DNA of 64,000 nt from Nitrospirota bacterium (GTDB taxonomy: Bacteria > Nitrospirota > Thermodesulfovibrionia > Thermodesulfovibrionales > Dissulfurispiraceae). The stretch covers positions 1-64,000 of the forward strand of contig JBFMCP010000005.1 of assembly GCA_040754455.1 (NCBI GenBank). Reading direction: 5' to 3'. Under the pieces are notes generated by a model. That model saw nothing but the letters and a program-made list of their open reading frames with translations, did no database searches and was not told where the DNA came from. The position numbers and the translations under genes are program-made. Shown in pieces: positions 9,404-19,502 of this stretch. Each line of letters begins with the position of its first letter. Position 1 is the stretch's first letter.

Positions 9404-10674
9404 AGATTCTCGTCATAGGATTAAACCATAAAACCGCAAACGTCGATGTGCGGGAGCGGCTTGCCTTCAACGGCGAAAAGCTCGAAAACGGCGTTATGCA
9501 CCTCAGAAATATCTCAGAGGTCAAAGAGGTAGCGCTGCTCTCGACCTGCAACAGGGTCGAAATATTCACCTGCGTAAACAATGTCGCTGCAGCAGCGGAG
9601 AACATCAAGAAATTTCTCTCCGATTTCCACGCAATATCGAGGGTCGATTTCGAAAAGTCGCTCTATGTGCATCCCGATGCCGAAGCCATCAAACATGTCT
9701 TCAGGGTCGCCGCAAGCCTCGACTCCATGGTCGTTGGCGAACCGCAGATACTGGGGCAGCTCAAGAACGCCTTTGACTTCGCCCTCAGCAAAAAGACGAC
9801 GGGGATCATGCTCAACCAGCTGATGAAAAAGGCGATCTCCACCGCCAAGCGGGTGAGGACCGAGACGAAGATCGCCGAAAATGCCGTCTCGATAAGCTTT
9901 GCCGCAGTGGAACTGGCGAAAAAGATATTCATCGATCTTGCAGGAAAATCCTTCATGCTCCTCGGCGCTGGAGAAATGGCCGAGCTGGCGGCACGCCATC
10001 TCGTCAACAACGGCGTGACGGATGTCATGGTGGTCAACAGGACCTACGATCGCGGCTGCGAACTTGCAAACGAGTTTAACGGCCGTGCAGTGAGGTTCGA
10101 GAACTTCCTCGACGAGCTGGTGCATACCGATATCATCATCTGCTCGACCGGCGCTCCGACCTATGTGCTCCAGAAGGAGCAGATGCAGCGTGTGATGAAG
10201 GAGCGGAAGCACCGGCCGGTCTTTATCATCGATATCTCGGTGCCGAGAAATATCGATCCCGAAATCAATAAGCTGGAAAATGTTTTCCTTTACGACGTTG
10301 ACAATCTCCAGGATGTGGTCGATACCAATATCAATGAACGCAGGAAAGAGGCCGATAAGGCCGAGATGATCATCGCCGAAGAAGTCGAAAAGTTCATACG
10401 GTGGATGTCCTCCCTCGATTCGGTGCCGACCATTGTCGCGTTGCGCCAGAAGGCTGAGGAAATAAAGAACGAGGAACTCGAAAAGTTCAAAACCAAATTT
10501 CCCGATATGGACGAAAAGAAAATGAAAGCCGTCGAGCACCTGGCAACCTCGATCATGAACAAGCTGATCCACCCCCCCACTGCCGCGCTGAAAGAGGATT
10601 GTGAAGATAGAGATGAATTAATCGCGATGATCAAGAAATTATACGGAATAAATGGAGAAGATAATGAGGAATAA
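9400..10674 (+). CDS. hemA: Glutamyl-tRNA reductase
   Basis: GLNHKTA, STCNRVE, GEPQILGQ; ATGA overlap with ccsA. Confidence 0.98.
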   Translation: MKILVIGLNHKTANVDVRERLAFNGEKLENGVMHLRNISEVKEVALLSTCNRVEIFTCVNNVAAAAENIKKFLSDFHAISRVDFEKSLYVHPDAEAIKHVFRVAASLDSMVVGEPQILGQLKNAFDFALSKKTTGIMLNQLMKKAISTAKRVRTETKIAENAVSISFAAVELAKKIFIDLAGKSFMLLGAGEMAELAARHLVNNGVTDVMVVNRTYDRGCELANEFNGRAVRFENFLDELVHTDIIICSTGAPTYVLQKEQMQRVMKERKHRPVFIIDISVPRNIDPEINKLENVFLYDVDNLQDVVDTNINERRKEADKAEMIIAEEVEKFIRWMSSLDSVPTIVALRQKAEEIKNEELEKFKTKFPDMDEKKMKAVEHLATSIMNKLIHPPTAALKEDCEDRDELIAMIKKLYGINGEDNEE

Positions 10675-11641
10675 GATCGTAATCGGCACGCGGGGGAGCA
10701 AACTGGCGCTCTGGCAGGCAGAGTGGATCAAATCGTTGCTGCAACAGCGCAATCCCGGACTCGAAGTCGAACTCAACAAGATCAAGACCACGGGCGATAA
10801 GATCCTCGATGTCCCTTTGGCAAAAGTGGGCGGCAAAGGGCTCTTCGTCAAGGAGATCGAAGAGGCGCTCCTGCGCAACGAGGCCGACATCGCCGTGCAC
10901 AGCATGAAGGACGTGCCTGTGGAATTCCCTGCCAATCTCCATCTTGCCGTGATCTGCGAGCGTGAGGACCCGAGAGATGCCTTCATCGCCCCGATGAAAG
11001 ACGGTACATTCAAGTTCCGGAATTTCGTCAATCTGCCGCAGGGCGCTACCATCGGCACGAGCAGCCTCAGGCGCTCCTGCCAATTGCTCAGCATCAGGCC
11101 GGACCTGAAGATTGCGCAGCTGCGCGGCAATCTCGAAACACGTTTCAGGAAGCTCGATGAGGGACAGTTCGACGCTATGATCCTCGCGACCGCCGGCGTC
11201 AAGAGGCTCGGCTGGTCCGAGCGGATCACCGAACCGATTGACGAGAAAATAAGCCTCCCTGCCATCGGCCAGGGCGCTGTCGGCATCGAGTGCAGGATCG
11301 ACGACGAGTTTATCAACAAGCTCATTGCGCCGCTGAATCATACCGAGACATCGATCTGCGTACGGGCTGAGCGGGCGCTGCTGAAAAAGCTCGAAGGAGG
11401 CTGTCAGGTCCCCATCGCCGCGCACGCCCGTCTGATCGGCGGGAAGATCGTCATCGACGGTCTCGTCGGAAGCGTTACCGGCGACATCATCATCAAGGAT
11501 CATGTCGAAGGCGATCCTGCCGATGGTGAGGCACTCGGCGTGAAGCTCGCGGAGATGCTCCTCGCAAAAGGCGCAAAAGAGATTCTCGACGAAGTCTACG
11601 GCAGAAACGTTCCTCCGATAAACGGGGATATTGCAAGTTAA
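10664..11641 (+). CDS. hemC: Hydroxymethylbilane synthase
   Basis: GTRGSKLALWQ, VHSMKD, GGCQVPI. Confidence 0.98.
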   Translation: MRNKIVIGTRGSKLALWQAEWIKSLLQQRNPGLEVELNKIKTTGDKILDVPLAKVGGKGLFVKEIEEALLRNEADIAVHSMKDVPVEFPANLHLAVICEREDPRDAFIAPMKDGTFKFRNFVNLPQGATIGTSSLRRSCQLLSIRPDLKIAQLRGNLETRFRKLDEGQFDAMILATAGVKRLGWSERITEPIDEKISLPAIGQGAVGIECRIDDEFINKLIAPLNHTETSICVRAERALLKKLEGGCQVPIAAHARLIGGKIVIDGLVGSVTGDIIIKDHVEGDPADGEALGVKLAEMLLAKGAKEILDEVYGRNVPPINGDIAS

Positions 11642-11698
11642 TAATAGGACATACGCGATTGAGAGAGCGGCGGGAACGGGTACTCCAAGGAGCGTTAA

Positions 11699-11764
11699 TA
11701 AACCCGAAATCCTAAGCACGAAATTATAAAATAATGAGGGTTTAGGATTTCGGGTTTAGGATTT
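11699..11764. repeat. Inverted heptamer hairpin, AAATCCT/AAACCCG family
   Basis: TAAACCCGAAATCCTAAGC vs GTTTAGGATTTCGGGTTTA, 18/19 complementary. Confidence 0.8.
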
Positions 11765-11778
11765 GTCTTTACTAAGAT

Positions 11779-13323
11779 ATGAAAAAAGGTAGGGTCTACC
11801 TCATCGGTGCCGGCCCGGGAGACATCGGGCTGTTGACAGTCAAAGGGCTCCGCTGCCTGCAAAAGGCAGAGGCAGTCGTCTATGACTTCCACATCAACGC
11901 GCAGATATTGAATTACATCAACCACGAGGCGGAATTCATCTACGCCGGCAAACGCGGCGGCCACCATGCGATGACCCAGGACGAGATCAACCAGGCCCTG
12001 ATCGACAAAGCAAGGGAAGGCAAGATCGTCTGCAGGCTCAAAGGCGGTGACCCGTTCGTCTTCGGCCGCGGCGGTGAAGAAGCAGAAATGCTCCATGAGC
12101 ACGGCATCGAGTTCGAGATCGTTCCGGGCATCAGCTCTTCCATAGCCGCACCCGCCTATGCAGGCATTCCGATCACCCACAGAAAGTATTCATCCTCGTT
12201 CTCGGTGATCACCGGCAATGAAGACATAGAGAAATCCGAGAGCACGCTCAACTGGTCGAGGATCGCTTCGACCTTCGACACTCTCGTTTTCCTTATGGGC
12301 ATAAAAAACATCGGCGGCATCACTGCAAAGCTCATCGAGCACGGCAAATCTCCTGATACACCCGTTGCCGTGGTGCGCTGGGGAACGCGGCCTGACCAGA
12401 AGACCGTCGTCAGCACACTGAAAAATATCGCAGCCCTTGTAAAAGAAGAGCACATCAAGCCTCCTGCAGTCATGGTGGTGGGCAATGTGGTCAAACTGAG
12501 AGATACGCTCAAATGGTACGAAAACAAACCGCTCTTCGGCCACCGGGTACTCATCACGAGAGAGTACACTCAGGATTACGAACCTCTCGTAGATCTTGGC
12601 GCCGATATCTTCGGCTTTCCCACCATCAAGACAGTAGCGCCTGAGAGCTACGCAGAGCTCGACAAGGCAATAGAAAAAATAGAGACCTATAACTGGCTCA
12701 TCTTCACCAGCGGCAACGGCTTCAAATTCTTCATGGAGCGCTTGCTCGAAAGAGGACGGGATATACGAGACCTCAAGGGCCTCAAGCTCTGCGGTATCGG
12801 CACAAAGACCGCAAAAGCGATTACGCAGTACGGAATGAAAGTTGATCTTGTTCCCGAAGAGTTCAATGCAGAGGGGCTCGTAGAATCATTCATACAGGAA
12901 TCCAAGAGCCAGAAGCCAGAAGCCAGAAGTTTAAAAGGAATAAAGATACTACTTCCGAGGGCAGAAAAAGCACGTGAAGTATTCCCTGATAAAGTTCGCG
13001 AACTTGGCGGAGAAATCGACACCCCCGCTGCCTATCGCACTATAAAGCCGGAGAAACACGGCAAACGTCTGAAACGCTTCCTCAAAGAAGGCCGCATCTC
13101 GGTGGCGACCTTTACCAGTGCCGCAACCTTCAAAAACTTCATCGAGATCATGGGCGAAGACGCCATGGACCTGCTGAAACCCGCCGCCATCGCCGCCATA
13201 GGCCCGGTGACTGCCAAAGCAATAGAAAAGGCAGGACTGAAGGTGGCCATCATGCCCAAAGAGGCTACTATCAAAGCGATGGTCGACGAGATTATCACGT
13301 GGGCAACGAGCCCGCGCGCGTAA
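11779..13323 (+). CDS. cobA: Uroporphyrinogen-III C-methyltransferase / synthase fusion (CobA-HemD)
   Basis: GAGPGD, RLKGGDPFVFGRGGEE, C-terminal HemD domain. Confidence 0.96.
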   Translation: MKKGRVYLIGAGPGDIGLLTVKGLRCLQKAEAVVYDFHINAQILNYINHEAEFIYAGKRGGHHAMTQDEINQALIDKAREGKIVCRLKGGDPFVFGRGGEEAEMLHEHGIEFEIVPGISSSIAAPAYAGIPITHRKYSSSFSVITGNEDIEKSESTLNWSRIASTFDTLVFLMGIKNIGGITAKLIEHGKSPDTPVAVVRWGTRPDQKTVVSTLKNIAALVKEEHIKPPAVMVVGNVVKLRDTLKWYENKPLFGHRVLITREYTQDYEPLVDLGADIFGFPTIKTVAPESYAELDKAIEKIETYNWLIFTSGNGFKFFMERLLERGRDIRDLKGLKLCGIGTKTAKAITQYGMKVDLVPEEFNAEGLVESFIQESKSQKPEARSLKGIKILLPRAEKAREVFPDKVRELGGEIDTPAAYRTIKPEKHGKRLKRFLKEGRISVATFTSAATFKNFIEIMGEDAMDLLKPAAIAAIGPVTAKAIEKAGLKVAIMPKEATIKAMVDEIITWATSPRA

Positions 13324-13405
13324 AACAACCAGCGTATAGCAAAAAGAGGTGAACGGGGTCAGGCTTAATTTCGTGATCCTTGAGTACGAGAAGGAGAGAC
13401 TACTT

Positions 13406-14086
13406 TCACATCGGGATTACCCTGTAACTCATAGACCCCTCGAGTACGGTAAATTCTATCTGCACTCCACTAAACCTGAGCGAAAAAGCAGCGGGGGCCG
13501 GTACAGAGCCCCAGTCAATCTCTTCAAGGAAGGCCTTTAAGTCCGGCGAGTCGGCATCGACAGATACCTCACTCACCTTACGGTCCGGTCCGAACGTTAA
13601 GCTGACGGTGGCGGTGCCGCCGTAAAAATGTCGTGTATTCACCTTGAGGGCCTCGCCTAAGAGATTACTTACCCTGGCTTCGGCCATCTGTCTGAACATT
13701 TTGTTATGGAGGATGATAAAACGGTAATAGTCTTCCATGCTCATAAATCTCTGTGTTTGAGCGGGAGGTTGTTCGGCCTTTTCAATTTTCGCCGGCTCGG
13801 GAGTATCTTCGACGTTCTTTTCAGGCTCTTCGGGCGTATTGTCTGCTGCCTGATCCGGCAAGCTGACCTCCTCACCGGACGGCAGGCTGGAAGCGAGAGG
13901 TGTTTTGTCTGTAGCATCGGTTCCGGAATCAGACAGATCTTTTGTATTTTCAAATGTAAGGTTAACCGGGATGATGTCCTGGAGGCCGCCGGGGAGGGGG
14001 GTTGTAAAACCAGCTGCGGCGAGCATGAACAAAAATAGAATGAAATGAAAGAGAAAAGAGTGTATTATACTTTCTTTTAGATTCAT
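13406..14086 (-). CDS. Hypothetical membrane-anchored protein with TonB/TolA-like layout
   Basis: N-terminal TM with S..FH, Pro/Glu-rich linker, globular C-terminus. Confidence 0.65.
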   Translation of the reverse strand: MNLKESIIHSFLFHFILFLFMLAAAGFTTPLPGGLQDIIPVNLTFENTKDLSDSGTDATDKTPLASSLPSGEEVSLPDQAADNTPEEPEKNVEDTPEPAKIEKAEQPPAQTQRFMSMEDYYRFIILHNKMFRQMAEARVSNLLGEALKVNTRHFYGGTATVSLTFGPDRKVSEVSVDADSPDLKAFLEEIDWGSVPAPAAFSLRFSGVQIEFTVLEGSMSYRVIPM

Positions 14087-14143
14087 GACCAGGCTGCTTC
14101 TCCAGTCTGATTATTATAACCGATAGCGCGACATAATAAAAAT

Positions 14144-15049
14144 GTGGATAATAAGATGGTTATGCTTAAAAAGGGAACCCTGCTGCGGTTGATCGATGAG
14201 GTCTCGGAAAAGGCACTCGCGAGCGGTGCATTGCTGCCGATCAGCACAAACTCCGAATATGTCGATGACGGCGGCGTTCGTTTCGTGGTGCGCATCCTGT
14301 CGAATCTCGTGCGAAAGGACGAAGACCGGCTCAAAAGGGCGCAGGAGAAGAAGGGGAACCCTTTTCTCCCCTATGAAAAAGAGCTTTTCGTTGCAGACAT
14401 CAGCCCGACCCATCTCGCACTGCTGAACAAGTTCAATGTCATGGAGCGGCATCTGCTCATCGTGACGAGGGCATTCGAGGACCAGGAAAACCTTCTTACG
14501 CCTGCCGACTTCTCGGCCCTCTGGACCTGCATGGCTGAATACGATGCCGTCGGTTTCTATAACGGCGGAGAGGCCGCGGGCGCCAGCCAATCGCACAAAC
14601 ACCTGCAGATCGTGCCACTCCCGCTTGCGGAGCAGGGGCCACCTGTTCCAATCCAGCCTCTTGTAGACGAGATCATGGATACGGGCAGGATTACGCGACT
14701 TCGTTCTTTCAGGTTCCGTCACTGTTTCGTCAAGCTTGAGTTGGACAATTCAGGATTTCCCAGCAGCCCCGAGGAGCAGTGCTTTGATTTTTACCGTTCG
14801 ATGCTTTCGGAGCTCGGGATGTCGGTCCCTCGTGAGACGGAGACGGTAAGGCAGTCGGGGCCATACTGCCTGGTGGTCACGCGACAGTGGATGCTGCTTG
14901 TCCCGAGGTCACGGGAGTTCTACGGGGAAATCTCCGTCAATTCCCTCGGGTTTGCAGGCTGCCTGCTCGTCAGGAAGCCTGAGCATCTTGAACTTATCAA
15001 AAAGACCGGCCCTCTTGAGATACTGAGGTCCGTATCGACTCCTCTCTGA
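14144..15049 (+). CDS. ATP adenylyltransferase / Ap4A phosphorylase II family
   Basis: NPFLPYE, LLNKFNV, GASQSHKHLQ (HxHxQ). Confidence 0.9.
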   Translation: MDNKMVMLKKGTLLRLIDEVSEKALASGALLPISTNSEYVDDGGVRFVVRILSNLVRKDEDRLKRAQEKKGNPFLPYEKELFVADISPTHLALLNKFNVMERHLLIVTRAFEDQENLLTPADFSALWTCMAEYDAVGFYNGGEAAGASQSHKHLQIVPLPLAEQGPPVPIQPLVDEIMDTGRITRLRSFRFRHCFVKLELDNSGFPSSPEEQCFDFYRSMLSELGMSVPRETETVRQSGPYCLVVTRQWMLLVPRSREFYGEISVNSLGFAGCLLVRKPEHLELIKKTGPLEILRSVSTPL

Positions 15050-15081
15050 GAATTATAGAAAATCCAATTAAGGAGCTAAAC

Positions 15082-15468
15082 TTGAATATACTCGTGCGGA
15101 ATCTATCCAGAACGGTAACTGAAAGAGAACTGCTGCAGCTCTTCCTGCCGTTTGGAAAGGTCAAATCGCTCAACATTGTCATGGACGCCGAAACCAGCAA
15201 ATCAAAGGGCTTCGGATTTGTCGATATGCCTGCAGAAACCGAAGCCGCGGCTGCGATAAAGGCCCTTGACGGCAAACTTATCCATGGTGAAAAGATACGG
15301 GTGAAAAAGACAGCTCGTGAAAGCACCCCTCCAACGCAGTACAGGCCGGACAGGATGCGGACTGAGCATGTTGAAGGCAGGGGAATGAAAAAACCTGTTC
15401 AAGGGAAACGCAGTGGTACACGCGGCACCAAACAAAAACAACAAAGGCCTAAGCGTAAAGGCAGGTAG
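15082..15468 (+). CDS. RRM RNA-binding protein with basic tail
   Basis: RNP2 ILVRNL, RNP1 KGFGFVDM; SD AAGGAG plus TTG. Confidence 0.9.
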   Translation: MNILVRNLSRTVTERELLQLFLPFGKVKSLNIVMDAETSKSKGFGFVDMPAETEAAAAIKALDGKLIHGEKIRVKKTARESTPPTQYRPDRMRTEHVEGRGMKKPVQGKRSGTRGTKQKQQRPKRKGR

Positions 15469-15524
15469 TACAACGAATAGTACACCATGTTTGACTCCAT
15501 CTCGTACTACTGAGGTCTTCTGAC

Positions 15525-17453
15525 CTATATCTCCTTTACAAGTCCCTTGAGGCGGCTCGCTTCCTTCGGAGCAAGCTTTTTGTCCTGATAGTAGTAGGAT
15601 TCGAACTCACGGACAAATCGGTAGGCCCGCTCCATTGTCTCAGCGTCCTCCACTTTTGCTACAAACTCTTCAAGGCCCTCTGATGCCGCTTTTGTATAAC
15701 CGAGCTTTTCCATTTTCTTGAGGAAGAGCTGCCGCAGCCGCTCCTCTTCGGTCTTGCTGGTAATGGTGAGGCGATAGGCAAGGAGTGCACCAGTTGCCAA
15801 AACCGTCAGTACCAGGATATATCCGAGGAATTCTTTTTTAATGCTAGAAAAATCTATTTTGGGCCTTGTCATGCTTGATTCGAGCTTCCTGAGCAGAGCA
15901 ACCTGGCCATAAAAGTCGTAATTGATGACCGAAGCATTCCAGTAATAATTCACAGTATCGAAAAAGAGCCGCATCTTCCGGAACAATCTCTCTTGCGAGT
16001 AGGCGGCATAGGAGCCCGCGCGGGCCGGTGTAGGATCTATCCTGATCCACCCCCTGCCCTCAAGATAAACTTCCACCCAGACATGGGCGTTTTTCTGAGC
16101 TACGAGATAATAGCCGCCGATCTCATTGTAGTCTCCGCCCCGGTAGCCGCCGACAACCCGAGAAGGGATATCGGCAACCCTCAGCATCACTGCCATCGCA
16201 GAGGCGAAATATTCGCAGTTGCCCTGTTTGTTGCTCAAGAGAAAATCTTCGAGCGGACTTTTTGAGACCGGGAGATTTTCGAGTGTGTATTTATAATCTC
16301 CTTTCTTCAAATACGTCAGCAGCAATTGTACGGTTTTTACTTTATCATTTCCCTGGGCAATATTCCTGACCAGTTCTCTGATCCTTCCGAGACCGTCCCC
16401 GGGAAGCTGCAGATACATACGCTTATCCACCGATGCTTCAGGAAGGACCGCAGACAAGAATGAGACCGCCGTATACCGCAGCCTTTTGGTACTATTTTCA
16501 CGCTGTGCATACGTCAGATCGTGATACCGCACAATCTGGGGAAGAGAAAGAGACGCTGGTCTGTCGAGCGCGAAAAGGTAGCGATAACCATAGGGCTCAA
16601 GGTAAATCGTCTGCTCCACCGGTCTGCCGGAAACAGAGAGCGCCACCCTCCCCGCTGCACTCTGTTCGGGTGAACGCTTCCATGAGGTGCCGTTAAAATA
16701 ATCGAGGACGACCCCCCGCCAGTAGAGCTGGTCCTCATCGATCTGTTCCATTTTTACCCTGAGTATCGCCGTGGCATCTTCCTGTACCGAGGATACTTCG
16801 CCGAGCTGTATGCCGTCCGAAAAACCTGTAGCAGCCCCGCTGCTCCTTTGGAGGAGGTTGAAGAGCGGATAGCTTGTACGCGGAAGGATAACGAAGATAA
16901 CTATTGCCACTGGGACAGAGAGTAATGAGATGAGCAGTGACTTCCTGATGATATTCAGGACGGTGCGCACAGGGAGCTTCATATCGTGTTCCTCTGACTC
17001 ATAGGCGAGCAGGACGACTGCCGCCGGCAGGAGAACAAGCAATCCCACCAGATAAATGAGAAAGATGATGTTCGTTGAAAAGAGCGCAGACCCGGCGAGC
17101 AGGAAAAGGGAGAGGATGTAGATCTGGAGATGGTCCCTGAACCGTTTCTTCTCCAGAAACTTTATTGCGAGCAGGACAAGGAGCGCCTCTACCGATAACG
17201 CAACAAAGTTATCGATGTTCATCCTCATTACAGTGATAGCGATGAATGCAAGGGAAAGGACATTAAGGAGCCACCGCGGCAGGTAGGCGCCTCTGTACTC
17301 AAAGGAGAGCGATACCAAACAGGCGATAAGGAATATCGTCGTATAGATAGCGTTGATATGAGGGACCACCGACAAAAAGCCGAGGAGCCCTATGGCATAG
17401 GTAAGGCCCTTTACTGTAGTCGCTATGCTCAGCAGCCGGTCATTCGATGCCAT
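15525..17453 (-). CDS. DUF3488/transglutaminase-like membrane protein (TgpA family)
   Basis: N-terminal TMs, YWRG, GNCEYFASA, HVWVEVY, DPTP. Confidence 0.92.
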   Translation of the reverse strand: MASNDRLLSIATTVKGLTYAIGLLGFLSVVPHINAIYTTIFLIACLVSLSFEYRGAYLPRWLLNVLSLAFIAITVMRMNIDNFVALSVEALLVLLAIKFLEKKRFRDHLQIYILSLFLLAGSALFSTNIIFLIYLVGLLVLLPAAVVLLAYESEEHDMKLPVRTVLNIIRKSLLISLLSVPVAIVIFVILPRTSYPLFNLLQRSSGAATGFSDGIQLGEVSSVQEDATAILRVKMEQIDEDQLYWRGVVLDYFNGTSWKRSPEQSAAGRVALSVSGRPVEQTIYLEPYGYRYLFALDRPASLSLPQIVRYHDLTYAQRENSTKRLRYTAVSFLSAVLPEASVDKRMYLQLPGDGLGRIRELVRNIAQGNDKVKTVQLLLTYLKKGDYKYTLENLPVSKSPLEDFLLSNKQGNCEYFASAMAVMLRVADIPSRVVGGYRGGDYNEIGGYYLVAQKNAHVWVEVYLEGRGWIRIDPTPARAGSYAAYSQERLFRKMRLFFDTVNYYWNASVINYDFYGQVALLRKLESSMTRPKIDFSSIKKEFLGYILVLTVLATGALLAYRLTITSKTEEERLRQLFLKKMEKLGYTKAASEGLEEFVAKVEDAETMERAYRFVREFESYYYQDKKLAPKEASRLKGLVKEI

Positions 17454-18309
17454 AGAGTGCAAGCGCCTTCAGGAGGGTCCGTTTATGCTCCTGTGATAAG
17501 TCTGGGTTATACAGCGTCGTATTTACTTTGAGTCCGACAGGGGTGTTCTTCCTGATGAGCTGCACGATGGTATATGCAATACAAGAAAGGCGGTCCTCGA
17601 TGTTCCGTATCGGCACGCCCTCGATGTCAATGATCACCGGCTGCGAGGAGAGCGCCGAGAGTTCCTTGGTCTTCAGCTTTCCGGTCTTTGCGCTCGACTT
17701 CCAGTGAATGTACTTGAGGGGGTCACCGTAGGTGTAATCCCGTAACGAGATCATCTCGCCCTCCTGCCCCGCGCTCGCTGCAGTATACTCTCCTCTGACA
17801 TTCCGATGAACATCGAGAGAGCTCCGGAGGACAGATCCTTTTAGTGCAGGGAAGACCACCATTTCAAGCGACAGAGGAATTCTTTTGTACCGGATGAAAA
17901 AGTTAAAAGGAAAGACTGAGCTTACGCGCAACGCACCGATCCGGTGGAGCCCCCTCTTTCCCGTCTTAAGTATTGTATGACGCACCTCGCGGCCCTTGGC
18001 TTCCACATACGGGAAGAGTTTCTCCTGCTCGCCGAAGCGCACTCTGATCAGAAAGGCAGGAAGGAATCTCCTGCTGTTGGTTATAGTTATACTTACCGGA
18101 GATTCGGTATGGGCGTAGAGCTCCCCGGGCAGTCCAATGGCGACTTCAATACCCGACAGGTTTCTCCTGCCGACAATTCCGGAGACTGCCATAATGCCGA
18201 GGAGGGCGGAAGCGATGAGATAGATGAGATTATTGCCGGTATTGACAGCCGCAATGCCCAGAATGATGGTGAGGATAATATACAGCCAGCCTGCCCCGGT
18301 AATCGCGAT
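17440..18309 (-). CDS. DUF58 protein (start uncertain, probably non-canonical)
   Basis: LRDYTYGD..IHWKSSAK; frame open upstream of 18192 with ITGAGWLYIILTIILGIAAVNTGNNLIYL. Confidence 0.85.
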   Translation of the reverse strand: MAITGAGWLYIILTIILGIAAVNTGNNLIYLIASALLGIMAVSGIVGRRNLSGIEVAIGLPGELYAHTESPVSITITNSRRFLPAFLIRVRFGEQEKLFPYVEAKGREVRHTILKTGKRGLHRIGALRVSSVFPFNFFIRYKRIPLSLEMVVFPALKGSVLRSSLDVHRNVRGEYTAASAGQEGEMISLRDYTYGDPLKYIHWKSSAKTGKLKTKELSALSSQPVIIDIEGVPIRNIEDRLSCIAYTIVQLIRKNTPVGLKVNTTLYNPDLSQEHKRTLLKALALYGIE

Positions 18310-19241
18310 TACGCCGGGGCCGGTATCTGCTCCACGATTGATAGGATCATCTCCTTCTTGTCGAGATGTTCATACTCATCCCTGAAAATCACCCGGTGGG
18401 GGATCACAGAGGGTACAAGCTCTTTGATGTCTTCGGGGATCACAAAATCCCTCCCACTGAAATAGGCGTTCGCCCGGGCGGTATAGTTCAGCGCCAGCGC
18501 CCCCCTCGTCGAGATCCCCGCACGCAGAAAAGAGCTGCTGCGCGTCGCCTCGACGATATTCATGATGTAGTCGAGTATCTTCTCCGAAAGGTAGATGCGC
18601 TCTCTGATATCTTTCTGGACAACGACAACCTCTTCCTTGGTCATCACCGGCTCTATAGAATAAAGCTCGCTCCTTCTGCTTCCTCCCTTGAGGATCTCTT
18701 TTTCGGATGCGCGGGGAGGATACCCAATACTTATTTTCATCATAAAACGGTCGAGCTGAGATTCAGGCAGAGGAAAGGTCCCGAATTGTTCGACAGGATT
18801 TTGCGTCGCAATGACAAAGAACGGCTGGGGAAGCTTGTAGGTCTGTCGCTCTATGGTGGTCTGCTTCTCCCCCATTCCTTCAATAAGAGCGCTCTGGGTC
18901 TTGGGGGTCGCACGGTTGATCTCATCGATGAGCACAATGTTGTTGAAGAGCGGACCGGCGTGGAATTCGAACTCTCCGGTCTTCTTGTTGTAAATGGATA
19001 ATCCTGTGATATCCGTCGGCAGCAGGTCGCTGGTGCACTGGATCCTGCCGAAACTGAGGTCAAGCGCCTTTGCAATGCCGATGGCGAGGGTTGTCTTGCC
19101 GAGTCCAGGCAGATCCTCGATCAGCAGATGTCCTCTGGAAAAAAAAGCAATGAGCGCGAGTCTCAAGGCATGCTCCTTGCCGTGAAGATAGGGAGAGAGG
19201 GATTCTATGATATAGCTGATCTTCTGGCTCTTCGATTCCAT
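18309..19241 (-). CDS. MoxR-family AAA+ ATPase
   Basis: EDLPGLGKT, DEINRA, ATQNP, QLDRF. Confidence 0.95.
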   Translation of the reverse strand: MESKSQKISYIIESLSPYLHGKEHALRLALIAFFSRGHLLIEDLPGLGKTTLAIGIAKALDLSFGRIQCTSDLLPTDITGLSIYNKKTGEFEFHAGPLFNNIVLIDEINRATPKTQSALIEGMGEKQTTIERQTYKLPQPFFVIATQNPVEQFGTFPLPESQLDRFMMKISIGYPPRASEKEILKGGSRRSELYSIEPVMTKEEVVVVQKDIRERIYLSEKILDYIMNIVEATRSSSFLRAGISTRGALALNYTARANAYFSGRDFVIPEDIKELVPSVIPHRVIFRDEYEHLDKKEMILSIVEQIPAPA

Positions 19242-19318
19242 CTTCCTTTTATTATAACCTGTCCTGCTATCGATCTGATAATAGTGAAGGCTTATCTTTT
19301 TAAGCTGAAGGTGGTTAA

Positions 19319-19446
19319 AGGCAGGGAGAGGTACTCCAAGGAGCTTTTTAATTGTTTTCTATTAAAGAGAGCTGGAATCAGAGTTTGTTTCCTTTGTGGA
19401 AGCCAAGGAGGCGCTAGAAAGCTCCTTTCCGCACCCCTCCCTGCCT
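19319..19446. repeat. 128-bp element with 32-bp imperfect terminal inverted repeats
   Basis: 19319-19350 vs 19415-19446 match 26/32; partial copy at 11669-11693. Confidence 0.7.
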
Positions 19447-19502
19447 CCTCCCGCTCCACTTATAAATTATCTGGCCTAACTCAAAAACGCAAGCCCTGAA
19501 TA

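Noticed and set aside
13357..13368. GGGGTCAGGCTT (and AAGACCTGAACCCC at 58869) resembling REP-like ends
   Set aside because: Short solitary matches, with no partner arm or transposase nearby
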